A stretch of DNA of 64,000 nucleotides from Macrostomum lignano (GCA_002269645.1 NIVC01002239.1:155696-219695); one strand, 5' to 3'. Shown: positions 21,480 to 41,600, counted from the first letter of the stretch. Notes: generated by a model not told the origin, from the letters alone. Program-made: numbers and translations.

Positions 21480-24400
21480 TCCTATATACTAAAAATGAGT
21501 TGTCTGTATGTATGTGGGTAGGTATGCGATAGATTTCAGAAAAAATGGCTCAACCGATTTTCTTCAAACTTGCACCATTCGATCAGAAATTTTCCTGGGA
21601 CGGTACATGCATCTTGGCTAAGAAATTGCTCAATGATAAAGGGATTAAATATTCAAAAAACATGCTTTTTTGCAAAGGTCAAGCAGCTCTTTCGACCTAA
21701 AATTCATTGTAAGAATGCTAGAGAAATAAACTGACTGGCTGAATTCTGATTGTCATAAAGATTGCATCACAACAAGTTGAAAACAGTGCCGAAAAAATGC
21801 ACACACGACTTGATTTAAATTGCGTAACCAATATTGCTAACTCAAATTGAGACTGATACTGGCTGACTGAGAAATTGATTATGTCATAACTTTTTACCCC
21901 AATTGACTTGCTGTAAGAATTGAATTATAAGGGCCACAATTCATGTTCTCCAATTGAAAAGAGATAGCCTATATACGAACAGACTGGACTGCCAACGTAG
22001 CGACCTGGGTTCGAATCTTAGTAGTGAAAAATAATTTTTTTATTAAAACACCTTGAAAACACGAAACTGCTAAACATAAAAAATCACAATGTCAAACATA
22101 AAAGAGGCACCATGTCAAACATTACATGGGCACCATGTAAAACATATACGTGACTCTATGTCAAACATTAAAGAGCCACCATGTAAAACATAAAAGAGTC
22201 ACCATTTCGAACATTAAAGAGCCACCACGTCGAACATTAAAGTGCCACCATGTCAAACGTAAAAGAGCCACCATTCCAAACATAAAAGAGCCACTATGTC
22301 GAACATTAAAGAGCCACCATTTCGAACATAAAAGAGCCACCATTTCGAATATTAAAGAGCCACCATGAAGAAAATTAAAGAATCACCATATCGAACATAA
22401 AACAGCCACAATGTAGAATATTAAAGAGCCACTATGTCGAACATTAAAAAGCCACCGTGTCAAACACTAAAGAGCCACTATTTCGAACATTAAAGAGCCA
22501 CTATGTCAAACATAAAAGAGCCACCATGTCGAACATTAAAGAGCCACCATATTTAGAATATTAAAGAGCCACCATATCAAACATTAAAGAGCCACTATGT
22601 CAAACGTAAAAGTGACTTTATGTCAAACATATCAGTGACTTTATGTCAAACATATCAGTGACTTTATGTCAAACATATAAGTGTTTTTATGTCAAACATT
22701 AAAGAACCACCATTTCGAACATTAAAGAGCCACCATTTCGAACATTAAAGAGCCACCATGTCAAACATTAAAGAGCCACCATGTCAAACATAAATGAGCC
22801 ACCATGTCAAACATAAAAGAGGCACCATGTTAACATAAAAGAGCCACCATGTCAAACATAAGAGAGCAACCATGTCAAGCATAAAATCTACACAATTTCA
22901 AACGTAAAAGTATTGCCAGCCAATGCCAATTTTAAGTCATGCCAATTTTAAAGGAGCCACTATAAAGCTAAGGAAATTTTCGCACTAGCTACTTATTGTC
23001 CGGTGGATGCTTGCTATTTGGGGATACTTGCTATCTGGGGGGGGGGGTGCTTGCTATCTAGGGGATGCTTGCTATCTGGGATGCTTGCTATCTGGGGGAT
23101 GCTTGCTACCTGGTATCTGGGGGATGCTTGCTATCTGGGATGCTTGCTATCTGGGGATGCTTGCTACCTGGTATCTGGGGGATGCTTGCTATCTGGGATG
23201 CTTGCTATCTGGGGGATGCTTGCTATCTAGGGGTGCTTGCTATCTGGGGGATGCTTGCTATCTGGGATGCTTGCTATCTGGGGGATGCTTGCTATCTGGG
23301 ATGCTTGCTATCTGGAGGATGCTTGCTATCTGGGGGTGCTTGCTATCTGGGGGATGCTTGCTATCTGGGGGATGCTTGCTATCTGGGGAATGCTTGCTAT
23401 CTGGGGGATGCTTGCTATCTGGGGGATGCTTGCTATCTGGGGGTACTTGCTATCTGGGGATGCTTGTTATCTGGGGGATGCTTGCTATCTGGGGATGCTT
23501 GCTATCTGGGGGTGCTTGTTATCTGGGGGATGCTTGCTATCTGGGGGGTGCTTGCTATCTGGGTGATGCTTGCTATCTGGGGGATGCTTTCTCTCTGGGT
23601 GATGCTTGCTGTCTTGGGATGATTTCTTTTTGCATTGCACTTCATTTGAGCAGTTTGTCGGTTTTCTTTGTGAAGGTTTTTTTGTATGTCGAATATTAAA
23701 CAGCCACCATGTCAAACATAAAAGAGACACCATGACAAACATTAAAGAGCCACCACGTCAAACATTAAAGAGCCACCACGTCAAACATTAAAGAGCCACC
23801 ATGTCGAACATAAAAAGAGCCACTATGTCAAACAAACACGTGACTCCATCTCAAACATTAAAGAGCCACTATTTCAAACATAAAAGAGCTACCATGTCAG
23901 ACATAAAAGAGCTACCATGTAAAATATACAAAAGCCTTCATGTCAAACATAAAACAGCCACATATACGTGACTTAATGTCAAACCTTAAGGAGCCACCAT
24001 GTCGAACATTAAAGAGCCACCATGTTGAACATTAAAGAGCTACCATCTCAAACATAAAAGAGTCATCATGTCAAACATAAAAGAGCCACCATGTCAAACA
24101 TAAAAGAGCCACCATTTTAAACATATACGTGACTCCATGTCAAACATTAAAGCGCCATCATGTCAAACATATATGTGACTGCATGTCAAACATAGAAGAG
24201 CCACCATGTCAAACATAGAAGAGACACCATGTCAAACATAAAGAGCCACCATGTAAAATATAAAAGAGCTACTATGTAAAATATAAAAGGGCCATCATGT
24301 CAAACATTTACGTGACTCAATGTCAAACATTAAAGAGCCACCATATCGAACATTAAAGAGCCACCATGTTAAACATAAAGGAGCCACCATGTCAAACATA

Positions 24401-25744
24401 GAAGAGACACCATGTCAAACATAGAAGAGACACCATGTCAAACATAAAGAGCCACCATGTAAAATATAAAAGAGCTACTATGTAAAATATAAAAGGGCCA
24501 TCATGTCAAACATTTACGTGACTCAATGTCAAACATTAAAGAGCCACCATATCGAACATTAAAGAGCCACCATGTTAAACATAAAAGAGCCACCATGTCA
24601 AACATAGAAGAGACACCATGTCAAACATAGAAGAGACACCATGTCAAACATAAAGAGCCACCATGTAAAATATAAAAGAGCTACTATGTAAAATATAAAA
24701 GGGCCATCATGTCAAACATTTACGTGACTCAATGTCAAACATTAAAGAGCCACCATATCGAACATTAAAGAGCCACCATGCCAAACATAAAAGAGCCACC
24801 ATGTCAAACATATACGTGACTCCATGTCAAACATTAAAGCGCCATCATGTCAAACATATATGTGACTGCATGTCAAACATAAAAGAGCCACCATGTCAAA
24901 CAACTAAGCTACCATGTCAAACAAAGAAGAGACACCATATCAAACATAGAAGAGCCACCATGTCAAACATAACAGAGACAACATTTCAAATGTAAAAGGG
25001 CCGCCATGGTAAACATAGAAGAGCCACTATGTCAACATTAAAGAGCCACCTTTTTAAACATAAAAGAGACACCGTTTCAAACATAAAAGAAGTGTCATGC
25101 CAAACAAAATGGAGCCACTATAAATCTAAGGAAATATCTGCACTAGCTACTTTCTCTGGTGGATGCTTGCTATTTAAGGATGGATACTTGCTATCAAGGG
25201 GATGCTTGCTATTGGGAGATGCTTACTCTTGGGGGGTGGAGGGTACTTGCTATCTAAGAGGGGTTGCTAGATATCTATAAGGTCTCTTTGTATCCAGGTT
25301 AATGCTTGCTATTTGGGGTTGCTTGCGGTCTGGGGGATGCTTGCTCTTGGTGGGTGGAGGGTACTTGCTATCTAAGAGGGGGTTGCTAGATATCTATAAG
25401 GTCTCTTTGTATCCAGGTTAATGCTTGCTATCTGGGGTTGCTTGCGGTCTGGGGGATGCTTGCTATTTGGGGGAGCTTGCTATCTGGGGGATGCTTGCTA
25501 TCAGGGGTTGCTTGCAGTCTGGGGGATGCTTGCTATCTGGGGTTGCTTGCAGTCTGGGGGATGCTTGCTATTTGGGGATCGATGCTTGAATGCTGTCTGA
25601 GGATGCTTGCTGTCTTGGGATGTTTTGTTTTTAGAGGGAATGTCTGTTGTTTTTTATGAAGGCTTTATTTTGCTGTCTATTTGTTATTTGTGAAGAACAA
25701 GGATTCTATCCAGATGTCCCCCATCGGGGGGCGAAGATTGCTAG
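21480..25744 (+). mobile_element. Probable non-autonomous Helitron carrying internal satellite arrays
   Basis: 5' A|TCCTATATACTAAAAATGAG..(TGTA)n..AACCGATTTTCTTCAAACTTG resembles non-autonomous Helitron 5' ends. 3' hairpin CCCCC-ATC-GGGGG at 25718-25730 is followed about 10 nt later by CTAG|T. It lies between A and T with no TSD. No Rep/helicase ORF. The pairing of the two ends is inferred. Confidence 0.62.
22065..25670. repeat. Compound satellite: 23-bp block (22065-22900, 23695-25095) alternating with ~19-bp block (23005-23620, 25168-25620)
   Basis: Units CACCATGTCAAACATTAAAGAGC and GATGCTTGCTATCTGGGG(G). The unique linker (..GGAGCCACTATAAA..TAAGGAAAT..GCACTAGCTACTT..GGTGGATGCTTGCTATTT) occurs twice. 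Confidence 0.93.
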
Positions 25745-26078
25745 TGTGCTTCTAAAATTTGAATTGTCGTAGTTTATTTTCTATTATTTATTAGCTACAA
25801 GTTGTTCCTCTGACATAGCAATCACGTGATGTACAGATGATCGCCGATAAAGGACTGCGGGAGGCTCTATCAGTGCAGTTTTTGTTCAGCTATGAGACCT
25901 GCTCATCGATTCTGCTCAGTTCACTTAGCCGGCTTCCAGTCCAGACGCTCTCTAATTTAGTAGTCCGTGCGCGCGGGACTGCAAAGGACTGCACACTGCG
26001 CGACGCTTATTAGCTGGCATTAGCACGAGGCAGGGCAGACGGGGAGAGACAGAGGGACTCGACCTTCAGTGCGCTGCC

Positions 26079-33158
<7,080 letters not shown>

Positions 33159-35020
33159 ATCCAATAAATAGAAACAGCAGCTATACAGAGTGTACTATAT
33201 TTAAATAGTCAGTATTGAAAGCCTGAAACTCCTTGCCTTAAGATGCAATGCACGACTAGCTAAAACCTTATACATGTAGGTTAAGAATTTGCGAGTTTCT
33301 ACAATGGCAGAAGGTTGAATCCGCGCACATGCATGGCATCAAAATCTCTATATTCATCTCATTAATGACAATATTTGTGACTGGCTAAGTATGAAGGCTT
33401 ACCACTGCGTTTTAGGACCCACGTGTAAGTCTATTTCTCATTCCTATTCCGAGAACGACGGAGATTGTACGGACTAAGTCACCTGTTTTGAGTTTCAAAT
33501 CCAAGACAAGCTTCTTATCGTCATTCATTTTCATTCTTTCGTTTTTGTGCTAAACTGTTTTAATTGCCAAATGAGAAACATTGTCTGGTGATTTTTTAAG
33601 TCCTAGCTGCACTAATCAAATGAAATAATGTTTAACTTTTTCGTACGAAATATACTGTATACATTGAGAAAAATTCCCGAGATTGTGAGTTTTTATTCTT
33701 ATATTTTGTTTACTCATTTCTGTCATAAAATATTTTCAAAAATTATGGTAAAGGCTTTTAATGAACTTGGTACGAAAAAATTTATCCGTAAAGTATTACT
33801 CAACAACAGTTATAACAAAAGGCAACGCAGAAATCTAATTGATTTGCGGAGTAAGCTTTTTAAAAAAATTTATTTGCACAAAAAAAGTTTATTTTTTTAT
33901 TTGTTTTTTTTAAAAATACTTTCATTGTTGTATCAACAGTATATGTAACAACAGATTTTATTTTAAACAGGCTCGCTATTTAGATTTTAATATGTAATCT
34001 GTATTCTTTAAAGAGATTATATTTAGATACAAGATCAGGCCGCTAAAGGGCAAGGCAAAGAGTTGGATTAAAAACAGCTCATTAGTCAGCGTGATTACTA
34101 TAGAAATTTTTTAATTGTCTGTTCCTATAATGAAGTTAATAGTCATTTATTTTAATAAAATAAAAATGCGCAAAAACGAAAAATTATTTGGAACATACAA
34201 GTATTCCATCAAATTATTAATATATCTACTTTCTAGATCTTGATGCTCAATTAGATGTGTAATAAATTTGTGAATTAGATGTTTAATGACTTTACCTAAC
34301 TTAAATTAAAATTGAAGGCAGTATTTGATAGCATTCATATCATTAATGTAAAAATAAACCACTATAGATGCAACAAGATGAAATACTTGGTTTAAGTAAA
34401 TCATAAAATCCTGTTAATTATCCAATCAAAAGTTTCAAAGAAAATTTGCATATAGATTAGCTGTGTTAAATTATTTTATAATTTACAATAATATAGTAAT
34501 ATTATTACTGCAATAATATAATAATAAATAATAATAATAAATATTAATGAGCTGGGGTAGTTGGCAGCTACTGAAAGAGGGGGGTTAGAATGAGCTTACC
34601 TTTTTTCTTTCCTCCTACTTATTTCAGTATCTAAAAAATACTGAAGTCTAAGGATGTTGACAAGCAAAAGAACAATGACTTGACAATGCTATTTTTTATT
34701 AACTCATTTCTACAATATAAAACTTTAAAAGTAAGAGCCTCAATTTATTTTGCTGATCATCAAGAAAAAACAGCAATCTAAATGGCACCATAAGTCAGTA
34801 ATTTTTCAGCAGTAAAAACGAATATGTTGTAGACCATGGTATTATTGTGGAACATAGTGATATACATAGTGAAAAGATATTGAAAAAACGATCATCACTC
34901 AATTTATATAAAAAATTTGTATCATAATAAAAAACTGATCTAAACCTCAAATATCACTATTGCTGCTTAGTGAAATTCTCCCAGCTGAACAGAAAACTTC
35001 AAAGCAGTTAATTTGCAGAC

Positions 35021-37624
35021 ATGCCGGGCAAAGGCAAAGGCGGGAAGCGACGCAAAGGCGGCTCCACGCGGAGCGGCGGAGGCAAGGGCCGGCTCGGGAA
35101 CATGACGGAGGAGGAGCGGATGATCTACCTGGAGCAGCAGCGGCTGGCCGAGGAGGAGTACCGCAAGCAGCGCGAGGACTTCCTGAGCGCGTATCTGCAA
35201 GTGAGCTGAGTTGTGCATGCTATATCCTATTGATTAGCTAGGTTAGACATCCCTGTAGTATTATTCTATTCCCTCCTGCACAAACCTACCAGTACTCAGG
35301 TAAGAAAGGGGGGCCGTAGCCCAGCGGTAGCGCAGCTGCTCTGGTGTGCCAGCGACCCAGGCTCGATTCCAAGTGCAGTCACATTAATTTGGGGCTGAAT
35401 TGGAATCTCGACTTGGCTCTGCTCGTGCAATTAACGGCCTTGAGAGCCAACCCCCAAGGCGCAGTGAAGTGTACATGCCTAACGATAATATAAAGTTAGG
35501 TCCGCTGTACACTCCTGTGTGAGTGTGTGCCTGCGTACGTATCCGCGCGCTTGTATGCCTGCTCAGGGGAGTCGGCGGAATGGGCAGTAATGCCTCTCGC
35601 CGGTTGTGTGCCAATGTCGCTTAAAGTGCGCCAGGGTGCACACAACCCCCTGCCTCTAATAAAAAAAAATACTCAGGTAAGAAGCCAGTGAATCACACTA
35701 TCTCTCACTGCAGGGAAAAATTACAAACGAGGAGAAATTCTCGAGGCTCAACCTGCACAAGCTGAACCACCAGTGGCGCAACATCATGCGCGAGGCGAAG
35801 TCTCGCGAACTGCGGAAGGACATCGAGATCCTCAGCCAGACTTTCGAGCGGGTCGTCGACCGCAAGGAGAGCGTCCTGCGGTCGCTGGCCCGCGACATTG
35901 AGGAGGCCGACGGCCAGATGAATCTGGCGGTGCGGGCGCACCTGCAGAACGTGGACCGCCTGGTGGACATCCAGGCTCAGCGGATGCGCCGGCTTGGCGA
36001 GGAGTACCGAGCCGAGCTGGAGACGGTCCGCGAAGAGTTCGACTCCGAGGCCGCCTGGGTGGCGGAGCGGCACGCAGCGGAGATGAAGGACCTGCAGGAC
36101 GTGATGTTCGGCATGAAGGAGAACTTCACAGAGAAGGAGGTTGACGCCAGGACCGAATTTCACAGCATGCGCGATGAAATCAAGAACCGGGTGGGTACCC
36201 GCAGATTTTGAGCTTGTACACACGTAGACCCCAGGAATTTGCAGTGCTCAGTATGCAACTCATTTGCACACACTATAAGAGATTCTCCCAGATTCAGCTG
36301 CATATTTCACCCCGCTTTGAGTGTACCCTCGCTCTCAATGACTTTTTTGCGTTCCCAGAACAACGAGGAAAAGCACGCACTGCGCGTCCTGCTCGAGGTG
36401 AAAGTTGACGAGTATTGGCGCCAATTCAACGAGGCCAAGAAGGCCTACAACGAGGCCACCAGAGAGAAGAAGCTCAACTTCGAGAATCTGAAGGCGAAGG
36501 ACGAGGCCTCAGCCAAGGAGATCGACCGGCAGATGCGCCGGCTGCAGAAGATCGGCGCGGAGATGAGCAGCCTGAAGCAGCGGATGGCGAGCAACAGCCG
36601 CCTGTACGAGGAGCGCAACCGGATGCTGAAGGAGGAGCGAGAGAAGATGGTGCTGCACTTCCAGCAGCTGAAGGCGCAGATGGCCCGCATCAAGGATCAG
36701 CAGCGGCAGCGGCTCACGAAGATGACGCTGGAGAGCAACGAGGCGCTCAAGGGACTGCGCGCGCAGAACGACAAGGCCGATCGGATTTTGAAGAGCGGTG
36801 AGTGCAGGACTGGCAATGTTCATGCAGCTGCAGATACAGCTTCCGATTGAAGATGGCCGTTCTGATAAAATTTTAAGTCCGGTTTTCTACTGGCATCCGA
36901 GCCCCATGGCTGTGGTGGGGCATCTGCCTCTTGTTGCACCTTGCCCTAAACAAGTGGTAACTTTCTGGTCCAGAACTGCGTTGGTAGATACGGCAAGTTT
37001 CGGAATTGCTTCTGCCTTTTTGGAGGCAGTTTAACATGAAGCGCATCGCACCGTCCGCAACCCCTCCCGCTCATACAGCCGAGATGTGCCGCCGCCTGGA
37101 GACGGAGGAGGAGAAGGTGCTGCCGTTCCCAGCGTCCTCCCTGACCCCGGAGGAGCAGGAGGACCTCAGTGCGGCTGTCCAGGAGGAGCCGCTGGAGCCG
37201 CTGGCCAGGGCGGCGAGCAAGTACCGGGGCCTGGAGGAGTTCTGGCGCCGCTACAACCGCGGCCTGCTGGACAAGCTGGCCCTGGAGAAGGAGCGCTCCG
37301 CCCTGCAGGTGGAGAACGGTCAGCTGCGCTCGCTGCTCAAACAGTACCTGGACGGCGTGTCCGTAAACGAGGAGGTTCTCGCGGCGGCGAACCCGCTGCT
37401 CGTCATCAACGGTCGGTCCAACACGGGCGGGTGAGTCGCCGCGGGCCTGCATTTTTGCACACGTTTTCAGGTACTTTTGGCTGACATGCGCAATCAGACC
37501 GGCCAAATTTGCCTACCGAATTTGCCTCTCCAGCCTGCAGCCGGCAGCAGCCGATCCGCGAGTCCGGGCCGCCCCCACGGTGACTGTGGAGGCCGGCAAC
37601 GAAGTTCGGAACAGGAAGGCCTGA
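35021..37624 (+). CDS. CCDC65: Dynein regulatory complex subunit 2 (coiled-coil domain-containing 65). Exons 35021-35200, 35714-36190, 36359-36797, 37079-37430, 37534-37624
   Basis: Motifs [62 protein letters not shown] match DRC2/CCDC65 as I recall it. GT-AG junctions are phase-consistent; AATAAA at about 37683. Confidence 0.93.
35307..35669 (+). mobile_element. Full-length tRNA-derived SINE in CCDC65 intron 1
   Basis: A box TAGCCCAGCGG (35317-27), B box GGCTCGATTCC (35360-70), 3' stem GGTTGTGTGC/GCACACAACC, A-rich tail, 14-bp TSD TACTCAGGTAAGAA at 35293-35306 and 35670-35683. Confidence 0.92.
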
Positions 37625-38308
37625 CGGACCGCGGCAGCTGTTTAAAGTGCGACCTTGTGCAATTTTTTAACTATTACTTTGCAATAAATACTTCATGTTT
37701 TACTTAAAGTAAGCTTACTGTGCAATAAGCTCGAAGTTAAAAAAAACTTCGTTATTTTTTTAGTCAACACCGCAATTACTCTTTGCTTATATTTTGTGCG
37801 ACACTTTTTATTTCTCAACAACTGAAACAGCTGTTAGCTGAGAACCTCGTTTTATCCTTTTATTCCTGCAAATACAAAAAATCAAGGCCAGCGGGAAAGG
37901 CTCGATTTCTTTACCGAGTTTAAAGCCAGCAAATTCGTGTAGATGTGCTGATTTGACGGCTCTTTTAACAGCACCGAACCTGAGACAAGAGTCTCCTGAC
38001 TACCTGGTGAGCCAAATTTGGTTTTTGATGAGGCTGGAGTCATACCTGGTGAGGTAGTATTTGATGAGGCAAGAGTCACACCTAGTGAGGTGGGGGTGCT
38101 TGATAAGGCTACTCGTAAAGTCACACCTGATGAGCCACATGCAGTGTTTGATGAGGCGACTTCACACTGCACATGCAAAAAATGTCTACAATTTTCAGTT
38201 CACCTGACTATAAGACTCAGGAGAGAAAGATGAAATGATCATTGAGTAATTTGAGTAATGTCTCATAGCTAAGCTTTTAATCGGTATAGCGCCAGTGTTT
38301 TGAAGCTT

Positions 38309-38706
38309 GCATATTTGTCATAAACAATAACAGCAGGATTAAACTGGTCAGGCTAGCATATTTGTCATAAACAATAACAGCAGGATTAAACTGGTCAGGC
38401 TAGCATATTTGTCATAAACAATAACAGCAGGATTAAACTGGTCAGGCTAGCATATTTGTCATAAACAATAACAGCAGGATTAAACTGGTCAGGCTAGCAT
38501 ATTTGTCATAAACAATAACAGCAGGATTAAACTGGTCAGGCTAGCATATTTGTCATAAACAATAACAGCAGGATTAAACTGGTCAGGCTAGCATATTTGT
38601 CATAAACAATAACAGCAGGATTAAACTGGTCAGGCTAGCATATTTGTCATAAACAATAACAGCAGGATTAAACTGGTCAGGCTAGCATATTTGTCATAAA
38701 CAATAC
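38309..38706. repeat. 47-bp minisatellite (about 8 copies)
   Basis: GCATATTTGTCATAAACAATAACAGCAGGATTAAACTGGTCAGGCTA. Confidence 0.96.
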
Positions 38707-39183
38707 CAAGATCAGCTGCTGTTAAGTTTTGTGAATTCGTGCGCATAAATAGGAGCACAGCGGCAATTTTAAATCCAACGGATTTTCCAGCAGCCGGCTT
38801 CAGGCGGTTGAAAGTGTAGAACTCAGCGTGTAGAGCCAGAACCTGGTATCCTGCAGCACCGCTCAGCGTGCGGCCCTGCCATGAGCTGGACAGGCCATCT
38901 GCGCACAGCGGCTTATCTGGGGCAGGCCGCGCTGCCCAGCCCCGCCCGTCACACCTTGCTCGAGGATTAGCTGGAGCGAGTCGCTCATAGGCGGCCCGCA
39001 AAAGTACCAATTGAAGGAACACACAGCAGGTCGCAAAAACAGCTTTCCTAGCAAAACGAACCGCAGAACAAGTTTTTGTTTCTCTCCAGAGGACCAAAAT
39101 ATTTTCAACCACTTCATCCGCTTTAAAAGGCCGCATGGGGAGCGCCGGGCTAGTGAAATCAAGCTCAAGCTGCTTGCTCAGCC

Positions 39184-40450
39184 ATGCGATTCAAGCAGCC
39201 AGTCATCATCATCGCCGTTCTGTCCCTCGGCTGCGTGGCGGCCGTCACCTGGCTGCTGAGCAACATCCAGGGCCAGGCCTCGGTGCAAGTCGTTCTAAAG
39301 CGCTTCCTGGTTCGGATGAATTCGTCCATGCTTCCTAGAGAAGTCGAGCGGCTGAATACATTCACAAACTATTTGAAGTCGACGGAAGTGAGAAGGCTGG
39401 ACGGCGCCTTGCAGAATCAGAAGAAACAGCAGAGCGTCGAGCCAGCTGAGCGCTCTGCTGGCGGATCAGGCCAACCCGATCCCCGCGCACGCCAAGGCCT
39501 GTCCCGGCTACTGGGAACTCCGGGACATCAACTTCCAGCACCCCGCACTCGCCCAGCGACTTTGCAAGAACCGGGCCGCCTACAAAATGGTTGACAACAA
39601 GTTCCCACCGTGCGAGATCAGCGACGACTTGCCGAAGAAGCTTCTGCAGAAGCTGAACAAGACAGCGGTGAGAACCTACATCAAAAGTGTCGTGACCAAC
39701 AGGCCCGTAACCATTTACACCTACCCTGCTAGAGACATTGTGTCAGGCAGCATTATCACATCGCACGGCTGGGAAGGAGGCCAAGTGTCCCTGACTTTGT
39801 CGATCGCGAAAAAGTTCCCGCTGGGCTCCGTCACATTCATGGACATCGGCTGCAACATCGGTGTCTACTGCCTGCAGGCCAGGGACGCCGGCATCCCCAC
39901 GGTGGCCGTGGACGCGAACCTCAGGAACCTGGTCAGAATTCGAATGTCCGCCAGTGACATGGGCTGGATGGCCGACTCGAAGCTGAAGCTGCTGTGGATG
40001 TTCTTCCACGCATCCGTGTCGCTGCAGTACCTCAACTTCGGCACCGGCTGGTGCAACGTAGGCGGAGCAACATCAAACAGGGACAGCATGACGGACACGA
40101 TTCCAGTGATGACCGGCCAGGCCGATGACCTCTTGAGTAGCGTCCACACGGAGCTGGTGGTGATGAAGATTGACATCGAGACCAGCGAGAACATCTTCTT
40201 CACCACTGGTGTGCGGCTGTTCAAAGAGAAGAAGATCGTCGCCGTACAGATGGAGTTCTGGCGGCCCAACCCCGCGCAGCTCGCGTCGCTCTCGCCGAAC
40301 TTCCGCAAGATTGTCGAGTTCTTCACCAAGCTGAACTACTCATTGTTCTCAATGAGCAACATCAGCCAGGTACTGAACCTGAACACCTTCCGCGACTGGG
40401 ACGGCATCTGGATCAGGAATGACTATCTGAGTACCGTTCGAGGTAAATGA
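39184..40450 (+). CDS. Type-II membrane FkbM-family (Methyltransf_21) SAM-dependent methyltransferase, split over two frames (frameshift or cryptic short intron near 39390-39430)
   Basis: Frame A: N-terminal TM VIIIAVLSLGCVAAVTWLL. Frame B (open from 39392): motif I FMDIGCNIGVY, VAVDAN, and MKIDIETSE (FkbM KIDVEG-like), followed by QMEF. The catalytic part has no introns. Confidence 0.8.
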
Positions 40451-41600
40451 TGAAGTGAGCAGGCAGAACCAAATGCAAAACTGAATCGACTGTCCCAAGA
40501 CCGCGCGAACATTCACACTCGGTATCTGGTGATTTGTTACAAGTTAATGGCTTTGTGTACATACTTGTCTCATTCAAGCATTTTATGCTTTAATTTTCAT
40601 GCCCTGTACCGTAGATGTACTCCATGGCATTGGTGAAATTGATGCTTGCTATCAAACTCGAGCAAAAAAGCCGAACTTCAAGCTAAGGCCGCTTTAGCAT
40701 GAGCACCTGTCACCTCTACTCGTCCAGTGCGTGAGGAATAGAGTGGTTGACTCTTACGAGTTCTCCGGATGATACGAGCTAGCTTGGCTGTCAATTCACT
40801 ACACCTTTTTGCGTTTAGTCTTGAACTAAGGGTAATCAAAATTGATAAATCAACATTCAATTTCGACAGTTTTAGTAGCACTGAATCAGATTTCCATTCA
40901 AGTTGACAAGCTTCATTTCAATAGTGACGATTGGCATTCAAGTTGACAAGCTTCATTTCAATAGTGACGATTGGCATTCAGTTGATATGAAAAAATATTC
41001 TTCAAAGCATTGGATCGGCTCAGGGCATGAGATGGGAATTCTCAGGCATTTATTTATGCTGCCATCTGCCCTCATATGCCGTTCCCGAGAGCTCCTTTTC
41101 TGGGAAAAGAATTTCACATTTCTGACCACCTCCCTGATGTCGAAGTAGTTGAAGTAGTCGTGAAGGAACTTTCGCTTCAATTCTTTCCAACCGCTCCACC
41201 TGCAGCCGAGGTGCCGGAAGAGGAGGCGGCCCACGGTTTCCGGGCCTGTCAGGTCGTGCTTCCAGTTGCGCTCCGCGTACCGCCTGCACAGCTGCAGCCG
41301 CCTGTCGTGCAGCCGCTGAGCCCCTGCGCCTGGTGCTGGGATGGAGGCAGCTAAAATGATTGAGCTCCATGGTAACTGCGTTGGTTTACCAGATTAAATC
41401 AGTGTAAAACTGATATCGCGAGTGACGCAACCATTTACAACAAGCACACACTGAGGAATTTCCCAGATGATTCACGGAAAAATTCCCGAAACTGGAGTAC
41501 GAAAATTTTCCCGACCAGTTTTTCACGCTGGGGATTTTCCGGCCTGAAAATTTTTATTTTTTTTTATTTTTTATTAAAATTTATTAAGAGAATTGTCCAG

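Noticed and set aside
33628-33948. 106-aa ORF in the AT-rich PCSK7-CCDC65 spacer
   Set aside because: F/K/L/I-biased composition typical of chance ORFs in AT-rich DNA, unlike the GC-rich true exons. No element ends were found.
39400-39430. Programmed ribosomal frameshift in the FkbM gene
   Set aside because: No recognisable slippery heptamer, hungry-codon/stop context or stimulatory structure; an indel is simpler.
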